From positions 29,796 through 93,795 of IMG/VR virus record IMGVR_UViG_3300045988_024527: 64,000 nt of DNA. One strand, written 5' to 3'. This document shows positions 30,294 to 39,565 of the stretch, piece after piece; the stretch's first letter is position 1; every line of letters starts with the position of its first letter. This DNA is from a virus. Taxonomy: Duplodnaviria > Heunggongvirae > Uroviricota > Caudoviricetes. Under the pieces are notes generated by a model. That model saw nothing but the letters and a program-made list of their open reading frames with translations. It was not told the origin of the DNA and made no database searches. Made by a program: the position numbers and the translations under genes.

Positions 30294-32075
30294 ATGAGTA
30301 AGTCACTTTACGCAGTACCAGCAGGTCTTAATGCAGATGCTTACAAGGCATCACATATATATCAGTATCCAGATGCTACGCAATATCTTATGTTGAACCT
30401 GACACCACGTAGTGACAAATGGTTTAACAGCCCCTTAGCAATTGATGGTGTAGTTGCTTTTGGTATTCAACGTTTTGTTAAAGATTACTTGATAGACCAC
30501 TGGAACGCCACTTTCTTTGAACGTGACAAAAAAGAAGCCATTGACGAAATCTTAGAAGTCATGAATGGTGTTCTGGGTAAAGATGCTATCGGTCGAGAGC
30601 ATTGGGAAGCACTTCACGACTTAGGTTATCTACCAGTTGAAGTATACGCTGTAGAAGAAGGCACAGTCGTCCCTATGCGTGTCCCAATGATTGTCTTCCA
30701 GAACACTGTTTCAGGTTTCCATTGGGTAGCAGGTTATCTGGAAGATGCTTTCTCTGCTGAGATTTGGAAGGCTTGCACTATTGCAACTATTGCATTGCAT
30801 TACAAACGTATCTGTAAGAAGTGGGCTGACCTTACTTGTGACAACGACTTGCATTTACCTTATCAGTGCCATGACTTTGCTATGCGTGGTATGTCCGGCT
30901 TTACTGATGACGCATTTAACGCTGTAGGCCACTTAACCAGCTTTAAAGGGACTGATAGCTTCCCTGCTGTATATACAGCTAAACGAATCTATGGACAGTC
31001 CTACCCAATCTCTGATATTGGTAGCTCTGTACCAGCCACTGAGCACTCTGTAATGTGTGCAAACATTGCTTGGGAAGGTGGTAATGAGTTGATTGAAGAA
31101 GAAAGACGCTTTAAAGGTGAGTTACAAACCTTCCGTCGTTTCTTAACAGAAACTTATCCAACTGGTATTGCAAGTGTTGTTTCAGATACTTATAACTTCT
31201 GGAGAACTGTGTCAGAAATCTTACCAGCACTCCGTAAAGAAATTATGGAACGTGATGGCAAACTGGTAATTCGCCCTGACTCTGGAGACCCTGTACATAT
31301 TGTCACAGGTTATAAAGCAATCCACTTAGAGTGTGCTAAGAAGGCTTATTACGAGCACCTAAGCAAGCTAGAGGCAAGTGACACAATGTTGAATGCTATT
31401 CTGAACATGAAGCTTGAAAACATCAACTATGGTATTGCTGGATGGCTACTGTCAGAAGGCTACGAAATGGTTGTTGACAGAGAAGACTTTGAAGTTGCTG
31501 ATACAGTGCTGTTGAAAAATGCTTATATGGTTGGTTCTGCAAACGTTGTAACACGTCCTGTAGCGGAGATTGATGGAGCTATCAAGACACTGTATAACAT
31601 CTTTGGGGGAACTATTAACTCTAAAGGGTTTAAGGTACTGGATGAGCATATCGGCCTTATCTATGGTGACTCTATCACGCTGGAACGTGCAAACGAAATC
31701 CTGAAGCGTCTGTATGAAATGGGTTTTGCAAGCTCTAACGTAGTGTTTGGCGTAGGCTCTTACACTTACCAGTACATGACTCGTGACACCTTTGCATTTG
31801 CTGTCAAAGCAACTCTTGCAAGCATTGGTGGTAAAGAGATTATGCTTGCAAAAGACCCTAAAACAGATAGTGGTGTTAAGAAATCTGCCTTTGGTGGTGT
31901 AGCACCTATGTGGGATGGTGACAAGCTGAAAGCTATAGATGGCTATGGATTCCAGAGTTTTGCAGATGTACTTGACCACCCAGCTTGTGCCTTACGTTTA
32001 GTCTTTAGTGACTCTGAGCAGTTCGGTTACACAACTCTTGGGGATATTCGAAATAATATTGACAAGCAGCTTTAA
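30294..32075 (+). CDS. nicotinamide phosphoribosyltransferase family protein (NadV/Nampt-like; possible Namat)
   Basis: HDFAMRGMSG and GHLTSFKGTDS resemble Nampt active-site regions; 593 aa. Confidence 0.7.
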   Translation: MSKSLYAVPAGLNADAYKASHIYQYPDATQYLMLNLTPRSDKWFNSPLAIDGVVAFGIQRFVKDYLIDHWNATFFERDKKEAIDEILEVMNGVLGKDAIGREHWEALHDLGYLPVEVYAVEEGTVVPMRVPMIVFQNTVSGFHWVAGYLEDAFSAEIWKACTIATIALHYKRICKKWADLTCDNDLHLPYQCHDFAMRGMSGFTDDAFNAVGHLTSFKGTDSFPAVYTAKRIYGQSYPISDIGSSVPATEHSVMCANIAWEGGNELIEEERRFKGELQTFRRFLTETYPTGIASVVSDTYNFWRTVSEILPALRKEIMERDGKLVIRPDSGDPVHIVTGYKAIHLECAKKAYYEHLSKLEASDTMLNAILNMKLENINYGIAGWLLSEGYEMVVDREDFEVADTVLLKNAYMVGSANVVTRPVAEIDGAIKTLYNIFGGTINSKGFKVLDEHIGLIYGDSITLERANEILKRLYEMGFASSNVVFGVGSYTYQYMTRDTFAFAVKATLASIGGKEIMLAKDPKTDSGVKKSAFGGVAPMWDGDKLKAIDGYGFQSFADVLDHPACALRLVFSDSEQFGYTTLGDIRNNIDKQL

Positions 32076-32089
32076 AAGTATATGATAAG

Positions 32090-32111
32090 AGGCTCCTACA
32101 GGAGCCTTTTT
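32090..32111 (+). terminator. intrinsic terminator
   Basis: GAGGCTCC-TACA-GGAGCC + TTTTT. Confidence 0.7.
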
Positions 32112-32128
32112 AATTTCTGGAGAAAACT

Positions 32129-32464
32129 ATGAAAATCAAAGAGATGAACATCAACATTGTCTTAGAAGAACGTTGGGAGAACATCAAGAAGCCTGAAGAT
32201 GGTCATAAGTTCCTTAACAAAATCTTGGTAGCAGCTAAAGAAGAACTGACTGGCAAGGTCGCAGCAGCAATCACAATAAAGGTCTGTGTAAAAGGTCTTC
32301 CGCAACATCACCAATTTGCACTTGACGAGTTTAAAGAAAGCTTCTACAATCCAAACAAACAGATGCTTGAAAGTAACTTTGCAGTGTCTACAAGTATCGT
32401 CCATGACAGAAGCTTTATCCTTTACAAAAATATGAGAGGTGAGTCATGCAAGCATATTGGATAG
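32129..32464 (+). CDS. hypothetical protein
   Basis: 111 aa ORF. Confidence 0.45.
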   Translation: MKIKEMNINIVLEERWENIKKPEDGHKFLNKILVAAKEELTGKVAAAITIKVCVKGLPQHHQFALDEFKESFYNPNKQMLESNFAVSTSIVHDRSFILYKNMRGESCKHIG

Positions 32465-32622
32465 AAATTTTACTGTCACTTGGTAGTGTAGCAATACTTG
32501 TTTGCCTTCTTTGTAAGTACTATGCAGAGCACAAAAAATGTGACTTCTGTAATGGGGAAGGTTATACAAGAGCAGGTTGTTGCCCTATGTGTGGTGGTTC
32601 TGGTAAAATGTTTAATAAGTAA
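32446..32622 (+). CDS. small membrane protein with zinc-ribbon
   Basis: 58 aa, TM helix then CDFCNGEG..CCPMCGGSG. Confidence 0.35.
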   Translation: MQAYWIEILLSLGSVAILVCLLCKYYAEHKKCDFCNGEGYTRAGCCPMCGGSGKMFNK

Positions 32623-32650
32623 TTTAACAGTAAACTAAGAGGAAAGTATT

Positions 32651-35017
32651 ATGCGCATGGTAAATGACCACGCAGAAGTGATTAAGAGTTCAACTTCTTT
32701 GGAGACATCTCAAGCACAGATTACAATGACACCTGAAATGTTCAGCCTTTTGAGTTCTGGTGTATACACGTTTAAAGAAAGGGCAGTGATTCGTGAACTG
32801 TCATGTAATGCAGTAGATGCTCAGAAAGAAGCTGGAAAAGAGAACATCCCGTTCCATGTGCATTTACCTACTCGATTTGAGCCTTACTTTGAAGTCCGTG
32901 ACTTTGGAACTGGTTTAACCCACGACAAAGTAATGAGTTTGTATCTGAACTACGGGGCTTCTACGAAGAATGACTCTAATGATTACATTGGTGCAATGGG
33001 TATCGGCTCAAAATCCCCATTTGCAATTGCTCAGTCCTTCACAGTGTCTAGCTATGTTGATGGTGTTGTTAATAAGTACTCAGTTTACCTTGAGAATGGT
33101 ATCCCTCAAGTAACTAAGCTTACTACTAACCAAACAAATGAACCTAATGGTTTAGCGGTACGTGTGGCAGTTGCTGACCACCGTATTTCAAAGTTCTTTG
33201 AAGAGGCTGGTCACGTATACTCATACTTTGCTGTAAAACCAGAAAGTAATATTGTATATGATGACGTATTAGCAGACATGAATGTCATTGCTCGTGAAGA
33301 AGGTGTTTATGACGCTATGATTCATAAGCAAAGCTGGCGTTCTAGTGGTAACAGGACAGAGTTTAATGTGGTGATGGGTAATATTGCCTATCCAGTTAAT
33401 ATGGAAGCATTACTTGGTGATGATTTCTTCAAAGTCTTGCCAGAGTTTTTCCGTAGGAGCGTAGACCTTGTAAACATCTACATGCCTATTGGTTCAGTGG
33501 CTATTGCAGCTTCTCGTGAAGCATTGCAGATGAATGACACGACAAAAAATGTTATCATTGAGGCTACTAAAAAGATAACTGAAGCCATTACAAAGGATGT
33601 TATCAAGAAAGTTAACAGCCAACCTACACTCATGGATGCTGCACAGGCTTATGCTGAGTTACGTTTGAACTCACGAGAGATGTTTAATGTTGTGTGTCCA
33701 AAGCTAGAGTGGGGAGGCGTTAAGCTTGATTCTCTGGAAGAAGAATTGTTAAACATTCGTCGTGGAATTATCTACGCAGAAGACGGCTCAGTCATCTATG
33801 AACGTGACGGCAAAGGTAATATTAAGGTTGATAGGAACGGAAACAACATCCCTAAAGTAGATTATCTTTATAACCCAGTTGCTTATGTCAAGTTCAACTC
33901 TTTAGAGAGTAAGATTCGTGCAACAGCACTTTCCTACACTCAAGAGGCAAGTATGTTCAATATCTTTGGTGCAATGCGTAAAAGCCAAATTGAACAGTTT
34001 TTGTTCGTGATTAATGACCGTCGCAATAAAAACGGTACTGAGAAGACTGTAGGACGCAATCAAATCTTGCGTGGTGCATGTCGAGACTACGCTAACGAGT
34101 CAGGTCTGTTCCACAGATACAATGGTATTGTGTTTGTATTCTCGACTGAAAAAGAGTTAGATGATTTAATCAATCTACACAAACTTGATAAAAGCTTGTT
34201 AAAGATTGTGAAAATGTCTGATAAGGAACATCACTATCAGCGTAAAGAAGCTGTAAGAGGTGTTGTAAAACTCTGGAAAGCTGTTCCAGCAGAAGGTGTA
34301 GCTTCCTATAAAGAGGTTTCAGAGGACTTTGATACAATTGAAGAACCTCAGTTTTACATCAAGGCAGTTGGTGACACAGTTGATGGCGAATGTTTTTGCT
34401 CATCTCCAGAAGATGTAGCTAAGTCAGTTGCTAATGTTATAGGGAAGACAGTCTATGTTTTCCGAAAAGCAAATTGGAAAAAGATACCAGAAGACTGGAT
34501 TGAAGTAGATGAGAAGCTATTGAACGACAGCTTAACTGATGTTCATTGGATTAATCATAACAGGTATATGACACGCATCTGTATGCGTGGTGTCCTTAAC
34601 CTTACAAGCTGTTGGATTATTACCAGAAACTTTACGTTCAATAACAGGAAGATTTCTGATGGTTATTGCTATTCACGGGACACAAACAAAACTATCTTCC
34701 TAGAAGGTAATGAAGATGCTGTTGAGGCAATGTTCGGTAAAATCCAATACGTTGCTGCACAATTTGCATACACTTACACTATTAGTGTGTTGCAAGATTT
34801 GAAAAGGTGTCTTGATAATGATACAAAGCTTTACAAGAAAATTAAGAAAGCTGGTGACCGTATGTTTATTAAGGTGACAAACTACTTCTCAAAAAGAAAA
34901 CAAGAAAACTTCTTGCTTTCTCATTTAGATTGGAATAAAGTGTCACCCATCGAAGTGAGTAAGTTCTTGGGCTTTGATGTGAAGTGTGTTCCAGAAGGGA
35001 CTACAATTTACGATTAA
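32651..35017 (+). CDS. rIIA: rIIA-like protein (GHKL ATPase-fold N-terminus)
   Basis: Bergerat-fold N-box RELSCNAVDA and G-box DFGTGL; 788 aa; followed by candidate rIIB. Confidence 0.6.
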   Translation: MRMVNDHAEVIKSSTSLETSQAQITMTPEMFSLLSSGVYTFKERAVIRELSCNAVDAQKEAGKENIPFHVHLPTRFEPYFEVRDFGTGLTHDKVMSLYLNYGASTKNDSNDYIGAMGIGSKSPFAIAQSFTVSSYVDGVVNKYSVYLENGIPQVTKLTTNQTNEPNGLAVRVAVADHRISKFFEEAGHVYSYFAVKPESNIVYDDVLADMNVIAREEGVYDAMIHKQSWRSSGNRTEFNVVMGNIAYPVNMEALLGDDFFKVLPEFFRRSVDLVNIYMPIGSVAIAASREALQMNDTTKNVIIEATKKITEAITKDVIKKVNSQPTLMDAAQAYAELRLNSREMFNVVCPKLEWGGVKLDSLEEELLNIRRGIIYAEDGSVIYERDGKGNIKVDRNGNNIPKVDYLYNPVAYVKFNSLESKIRATALSYTQEASMFNIFGAMRKSQIEQFLFVINDRRNKNGTEKTVGRNQILRGACRDYANESGLFHRYNGIVFVFSTEKELDDLINLHKLDKSLLKIVKMSDKEHHYQRKEAVRGVVKLWKAVPAEGVASYKEVSEDFDTIEEPQFYIKAVGDTVDGECFCSSPEDVAKSVANVIGKTVYVFRKANWKKIPEDWIEVDEKLLNDSLTDVHWINHNRYMTRICMRGVLNLTSCWIITRNFTFNNRKISDGYCYSRDTNKTIFLEGNEDAVEAMFGKIQYVAAQFAYTYTISVLQDLKRCLDNDTKLYKKIKKAGDRMFIKVTNYFSKRKQENFLLSHLDWNKVSPIEVSKFLGFDVKCVPEGTTIYD

Positions 35018-35029
35018 AGTGTTTGACAA

Positions 35030-35046
35030 GGGGCTTCAAAGCCCCT
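35030..35046 (+). terminator. stem-loop, weak terminator
   Basis: GGGGCTT-CAA-AGCCCC without strong U tract. Confidence 0.3.
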
Positions 35047-35096
35047 TAGAATATCCTCACAAAATGATTTATTAACTAACAAGAGAGAGTAATAAG

Positions 35097-36206
35097 ATGA
35101 CTACTAAAACTAAATCACAGATTGACGCAGAAATTTACAAACTGGTTAAAGATGGCAAGCTGACTAAAACAGCTATTGCACAGAAATTTAATACTTCAAC
35201 CCGTTCAGTTGGTCGTGCTGTAGAGCGTCATGAAGCAACCTTAAAAGGAAATAAGAAGGTGACTTCTACACCAGCTACGAAGACTTTGAAGCAAGTTGCT
35301 AAGACCTTTAAAAAGAAAGCTGGCAAACCAGTTGAAAAGGTTGTTAAAGATGCTGTACAGAAAGCTCCAGTAAATAAACTGCATGAAGCTATGCAGAAAG
35401 ATGACAAGATTGAGTACATGATTACTGGTGACTCTGTAATTATGACTTACGGTTCAGAGTCTGAAATTGTTGAATCTACTCATCCGAACTATCAAGAGAT
35501 TGTAGTTCATGTTGTGAAAGGTGAGTTTAAGAAAGCCTTTGAACTGATGAACATTCGTAAGTCTATCGAAAACTTCACTCAGGGGGCTATCACAATCAAA
35601 GGTGACAAGCTATTCTACGGTGCTGTTGAGATGCGTTCTACTCTGGTTGACCGTATTCTTCACATGATGAAGACTGGTGATAAAGGTTTTGAACGACTTG
35701 TAATGTTCTTCGAAAAACTGATGGAAAACCCATCTAAAGATTCTGTAGAACAACTTTGGGGCTTCGTATCTCACCTTGATGTTGAAATTGATGAAGAAGG
35801 CTACATCATTGGTTGGAAGAAAGTCTCTACTCGTGAAGGCAAGCTGGTTGACTCCCACACCTACAGAGTACCTAATGATTTAGGTAATATTGTAGAAATG
35901 CCACGTTGGATGGTTGATAATAACCGTAACGTGACTTGCTCTCAGGGTCTTCATGTTGGTGCTTGGGATTATGTTCGTTGCTTCTCAGGTGATACAATTC
36001 TGAAGGTTCGTGTTCATCCACGAGATGTTGTATCTGTTCCAACTGATTACAACGATATGAAGATGCGCTCGTCTCGTTATGAAGTTGCAGCAATCGTTGA
36101 TAATCAACGTAAAGTACTGAAAGCATGGGATGGCAAGACTGAAGCTTTGCATGTCATCGTTGGTACTGCTGGAGAACTTATCTCTCAGCGTAAACGTGAA
36201 ATCTAA
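35097..36206 (+). CDS. rIIB: rIIB-like protein (tentative)
   Basis: 369 aa ORF directly downstream of rIIA-like gene; no motif seen by eye. Confidence 0.35.
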   Translation: MTTKTKSQIDAEIYKLVKDGKLTKTAIAQKFNTSTRSVGRAVERHEATLKGNKKVTSTPATKTLKQVAKTFKKKAGKPVEKVVKDAVQKAPVNKLHEAMQKDDKIEYMITGDSVIMTYGSESEIVESTHPNYQEIVVHVVKGEFKKAFELMNIRKSIENFTQGAITIKGDKLFYGAVEMRSTLVDRILHMMKTGDKGFERLVMFFEKLMENPSKDSVEQLWGFVSHLDVEIDEEGYIIGWKKVSTREGKLVDSHTYRVPNDLGNIVEMPRWMVDNNRNVTCSQGLHVGAWDYVRCFSGDTILKVRVHPRDVVSVPTDYNDMKMRSSRYEVAAIVDNQRKVLKAWDGKTEALHVIVGTAGELISQRKREI

Positions 36207-36221
36207 TAAGTAATTTCTTAA

Positions 36222-36247
36222 AAGGCTGCTTCGGCGGCCTTTTTTAT
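36222..36247 (+). terminator. intrinsic terminator
   Basis: AAGGCTGC-TTCG-GCGGCCT + TTTTTT. Confidence 0.7.
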
Positions 36248-36306
36248 TTGTATTTTGTGCAGAGTGCTGTATAATTGTTGTCACGATAAACTAAACAGGA
36301 GAACCA

Positions 36307-36855
36307 ATGAAGAAATTGATTCTAGGTTTGTGCTTAATGTTTACAGCACACTTATCTTATGCAGTTGACTGCCCAGAGCTATCAATTAGCCAAAGAGTAA
36401 ACATGTTAAAAGCTTACCAGTATGGTGAGAATAACATGGGTAAAGGTTGGGGTATCACTCTAGCTGCTATAGCCTTACAAGAGTCAGAGTTAGGTCTGAA
36501 GGTAGAGAATAAAAAGACACATGATTATGGTATTTTCCAGAATCACTTGAAGACTGTTGTAAAGCGTAACAAAATTAGCCCTAATGTGGCTAAAAAGAAA
36601 CTCTTAAAAGACTTTGACTATGCTGCGAAGGAAACCCACAAAGAGCTTGAGTTTTGGACAAAGGTACATGGTCATCCAAAGTCAAAGAAGACTTTACAAA
36701 AAGTTTTAGCATCTTATAATGCTGGGTATTCGTACAAAATCCCTAAAGCTAAGAAGTATTCTCAAGATGTCTATAACAACATGAAAGTTATTGCTCAATG
36801 TGAATTTGCAACAAACATTTCTAAGGTAAACCATGAAAAAATTAAGAAAGTTTGA
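36307..36855 (+). CDS. secreted lytic transglycosylase-like protein
   Basis: signal peptide MKKLILGLCLMFTAHLSYA; SLT-like ALQESELG, YGIFQ, YNAG. Confidence 0.55.
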   Translation: MKKLILGLCLMFTAHLSYAVDCPELSISQRVNMLKAYQYGENNMGKGWGITLAAIALQESELGLKVENKKTHDYGIFQNHLKTVVKRNKISPNVAKKKLLKDFDYAAKETHKELEFWTKVHGHPKSKKTLQKVLASYNAGYSYKIPKAKKYSQDVYNNMKVIAQCEFATNISKVNHEKIKKV

Positions 36856-37528
36856 TGAAGTACTGTGCCATGCTTATGACTTGCATCCCCATGACTTAGG
36901 TCTTGATTCTGGCATATGGACTCCAGAGCAGTGTAGAGACTTTGAAGATACTGCAAGGGAGGTTGTATGCTCACTTGAAGATTTCCACACACCGGAGCCA
37001 ATTGTGAATGTTGTCGATAAAGAGACTGGGAAAGCTATAGGTGTAAGACGTGATAGTCTAGTCATAGTCAATAAAGACCTTGTAGAGAAAGGAAATCTTA
37101 TCCTAGCAGATATTGGTGGTGTTCTAACATATTTTAATCACGAAGGTTACTCAGCAGAGTTGACTGATGGGTCATTTTCACAGTACACCAACTTACTTGA
37201 TGCTGTAAGAGCAAAACCAACATATGTTTTCCACATCATTGATGCAATTGCAAATCATGCAGCCGTTGGGTTCTTGACAGCAAGAGGTGAGACTCAGAGA
37301 ATACCTACTGAGATGTTTTTAAGACACAATATAGAACATGATTACTTGCTTTTTATGCGTGGCTTTGGAACAAATTCTCTAAGTGCAGAAAGTTTAAAGG
37401 TTAGGATGATTCAGTCTTGCATTCTTCCTTATTTTAATATAGTATGTTTTATAGAAGATACAGAGAAGAATGTGCAGAAGGTGAACAGAATCCTTCCACA
37501 CATCAAAACCATGTTAGTTAAACATTGA
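36833..37528 (+). CDS. hypothetical protein
   Basis: 231 aa ORF. Confidence 0.5.
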   Translation: MKKLRKFDEVLCHAYDLHPHDLGLDSGIWTPEQCRDFEDTAREVVCSLEDFHTPEPIVNVVDKETGKAIGVRRDSLVIVNKDLVEKGNLILADIGGVLTYFNHEGYSAELTDGSFSQYTNLLDAVRAKPTYVFHIIDAIANHAAVGFLTARGETQRIPTEMFLRHNIEHDYLLFMRGFGTNSLSAESLKVRMIQSCILPYFNIVCFIEDTEKNVQKVNRILPHIKTMLVKH

Positions 37529-37538
37529 GAGAAAACTT

Positions 37539-38003
37539 ATGAACAATATCATTACGGTAGCACTGGACGTTACGGCAAACAAATCTGAAGTAGTTCGTAA
37601 CATTATCAAGAGCAACTTTGAGGGTAAAATCTTCCGTGCTGTCAATGTAAAAGCAGACGGCAACATCCGAGAGTATCGTGCTCTTTTGAATGTTAAGAAA
37701 CACGTCAAAGGTTCTGGTTCAACGACTGCACACAAAGAAAACCTGATGACTATCTATGATATGGGGATGGCCTCAGAATTAGGTGCTGAAGGAATCGTTA
37801 AAGAAGGTGCTCCGTATCGCTCTTTCAATCTGGAAACTGCTCTCATGCTTTCCTTTACAAGTGGTTCTAAAACAACTACTTATCTCTTTACTGATGCTGC
37901 AACGGTATCTGCTATCAAGGATAGCACTGTCAAAGCTGGGGTAGCTGCTGCTGCAAAAGCTTCTTCGATGGCTGCAAATGTCCTTGCTAAAGTCCTCGGT
38001 TAA
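37539..38003 (+). CDS. hypothetical protein
   Basis: 154 aa ORF. Confidence 0.5.
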   Translation: MNNIITVALDVTANKSEVVRNIIKSNFEGKIFRAVNVKADGNIREYRALLNVKKHVKGSGSTTAHKENLMTIYDMGMASELGAEGIVKEGAPYRSFNLETALMLSFTSGSKTTTYLFTDAATVSAIKDSTVKAGVAAAAKASSMAANVLAKVLG

Positions 38004-38015
38004 GGTTAAGATACA

Positions 38016-38036
38016 GGCTCCTTCGGGAGCCTTTTT
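38016..38036 (+). terminator. intrinsic terminator
   Basis: GGCTCC-TTCG-GGAGCC + TTTTTC. Confidence 0.7.
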
Positions 38037-38055
38037 CATTTCAGGAGATTGTTAA

Positions 38056-38403
38056 ATGACATTTAAAGAGTTCTGTCAAGCTACTTTCATAATTGTTTTC
38101 TTAGTTGGGGCAGGTGTCTGGGGAGGATACTCTTACAGAGACTATCAAGTTGCTGAAACTGAGCTAAACAATCAAAAGCTCATAAGTGTTGCTAAAGATG
38201 CTTATCAGGAAGGTTTAGTCACACTGAGCACCAATTACAAAAATGATTTGAAAGATGTGCTTGCTAAGAATAAGCATACAAAAGAGGTACTAACATATGA
38301 AAAAACTAAGCCAGAGTTTTATAATGTTTGTGTTACTGATAACTATATCAGGGTGTTCAACGAACAAAGTGAACAGTACATTCAAAAACTCCCAAGTAAG
38401 TGA
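38056..38403 (+). CDS. putative i-spanin (Rz-like) membrane protein
   Basis: N-terminal TM helix FIIVFLVGAGVWGG then coiled-coil; overlapped by lipoprotein ORF in another frame. Confidence 0.4.
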   Translation: MTFKEFCQATFIIVFLVGAGVWGGYSYRDYQVAETELNNQKLISVAKDAYQEGLVTLSTNYKNDLKDVLAKNKHTKEVLTYEKTKPEFYNVCVTDNYIRVFNEQSEQYIQKLPSK

Positions 38404-38566
38404 GAGTGATAAGTACACTCAAGAAGAAACAAGGTATATTATTAAAGGTAACACTGGCAGTGACGTAGCGACAGCCCTTGAGTTCTATCGTGATGGCTTT
38501 TACCAGTGTACAATCAAAGCTAATAACCTTATTGATATGATTTTATTAGGGAATAAGCAGCAATGA
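38297..38566 (+). CDS. putative o-spanin (Rz1-like) lipoprotein
   Basis: lipobox-like LLITISGC signal; ORF embedded/overlapping in +1 frame of 38056-38403. Confidence 0.4.
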   Translation: MKKLSQSFIMFVLLITISGCSTNKVNSTFKNSQVSESDKYTQEETRYIIKGNTGSDVATALEFYRDGFYQCTIKANNLIDMILLGNKQQ

Positions 38567-38832
38567 CAGAGAATGAAGATACTTTTTACGTAGAAGGCTA
38601 CTTACTATTACCACGACCAAAAGAAACCTATATGCGAATTGATTTCTTACCAACCATTATGGATAATGTGATGTGCCATATCTTTATGCAAGGTGTCACA
38701 GCACAGCTTAAGCATGTTGGCAAAGAGTGCAAAATAAGGGTTGACACTCATCCAGAAATCAAAGAGAATCACTACACATGGTTCTTACCAGACTCTAAAG
38801 AAATCTTAGCAGTTCTTAAAACGAGGAAGTAA
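38563..38832 (+). CDS. hypothetical protein
   Basis: 89 aa ORF. Confidence 0.45.
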   Translation: MTENEDTFYVEGYLLLPRPKETYMRIDFLPTIMDNVMCHIFMQGVTAQLKHVGKECKIRVDTHPEIKENHYTWFLPDSKEILAVLKTRK

Positions 38833-38834
38833 CT

Positions 38835-39164
38835 ATGCAGATTAATGGAAGAGACTTTGTAGCCGTTTACTACGACGAGAAAGATAAAGAAGTTGGTGTA
38901 GCACAAGTAACCTATGGCAATGGTAAGTGGCTATATGGAACAATCGCAGTAGTAGGGACAAGAAGTGATACAAAAACTTTTAAAGATTGTGTTGACCTTC
39001 TTGAAGAATCCATCCACAATCATTGGTGTCTGATATGGATGACTGACAACGAAGTGATAGAACGTTTCAAAAAGATTGATATCAACATTGATAGCATTGA
39101 GCATGTTGACTTGTATGAGCTAACTGAGAAGGTAAACTATGAGAGTAATACTAGCCAGAGATAA
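38835..39164 (+). CDS. hypothetical protein
   Basis: 109 aa ORF. Confidence 0.45.
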   Translation: MQINGRDFVAVYYDEKDKEVGVAQVTYGNGKWLYGTIAVVGTRSDTKTFKDCVDLLEESIHNHWCLIWMTDNEVIERFKKIDINIDSIEHVDLYELTEKVNYESNTSQR

Positions 39165-39372
39165 AAAGACACGTAAGATTGTAAGGTCAGCAGTATTCAA
39201 AGGGAGGCATGAAGTCATCCCGTTTGCAGAAGAAGATGTGTTAACTTACAAGAAGGTGATAAAACGTGAGTGCAGTAACCATTTCCGTGACTTCTTCTCT
39301 GAACCATTAGAAGATTTTAAAAGCCGTTGTGGTAAAGGCATCATCATCCAAGAGGCAATTATTCATGGCTGA
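39139..39372 (+). CDS. hypothetical protein
   Basis: 77 aa ORF. Confidence 0.4.
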   Translation: MRVILARDKKTRKIVRSAVFKGRHEVIPFAEEDVLTYKKVIKRECSNHFRDFFSEPLEDFKSRCGKGIIIQEAIIHG

Positions 39373-39565
39373 CTTCTGCAAAGATTGTGCTATCGAAATG
39401 TTCGGACGTGATACAGGTGACTTAAAAGGTCTTATCACTGAAGATGACTTTAAAGCTGGTTATGCAATGCCAGTAATCTGTGAAGGTTGTGGATGTATCT
39501 GGGTAGACCACGAAGGGCAACGTGTAAAGCCTTCAGAAGATAAAGAATCTTGGGAGAGATGTTAA
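39329..39565 (+). CDS. small Cys-rich protein
   Basis: CKDC...CEGCGC. Confidence 0.4.
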   Translation: MVKASSSKRQLFMADFCKDCAIEMFGRDTGDLKGLITEDDFKAGYAMPVICEGCGCIWVDHEGQRVKPSEDKESWERC

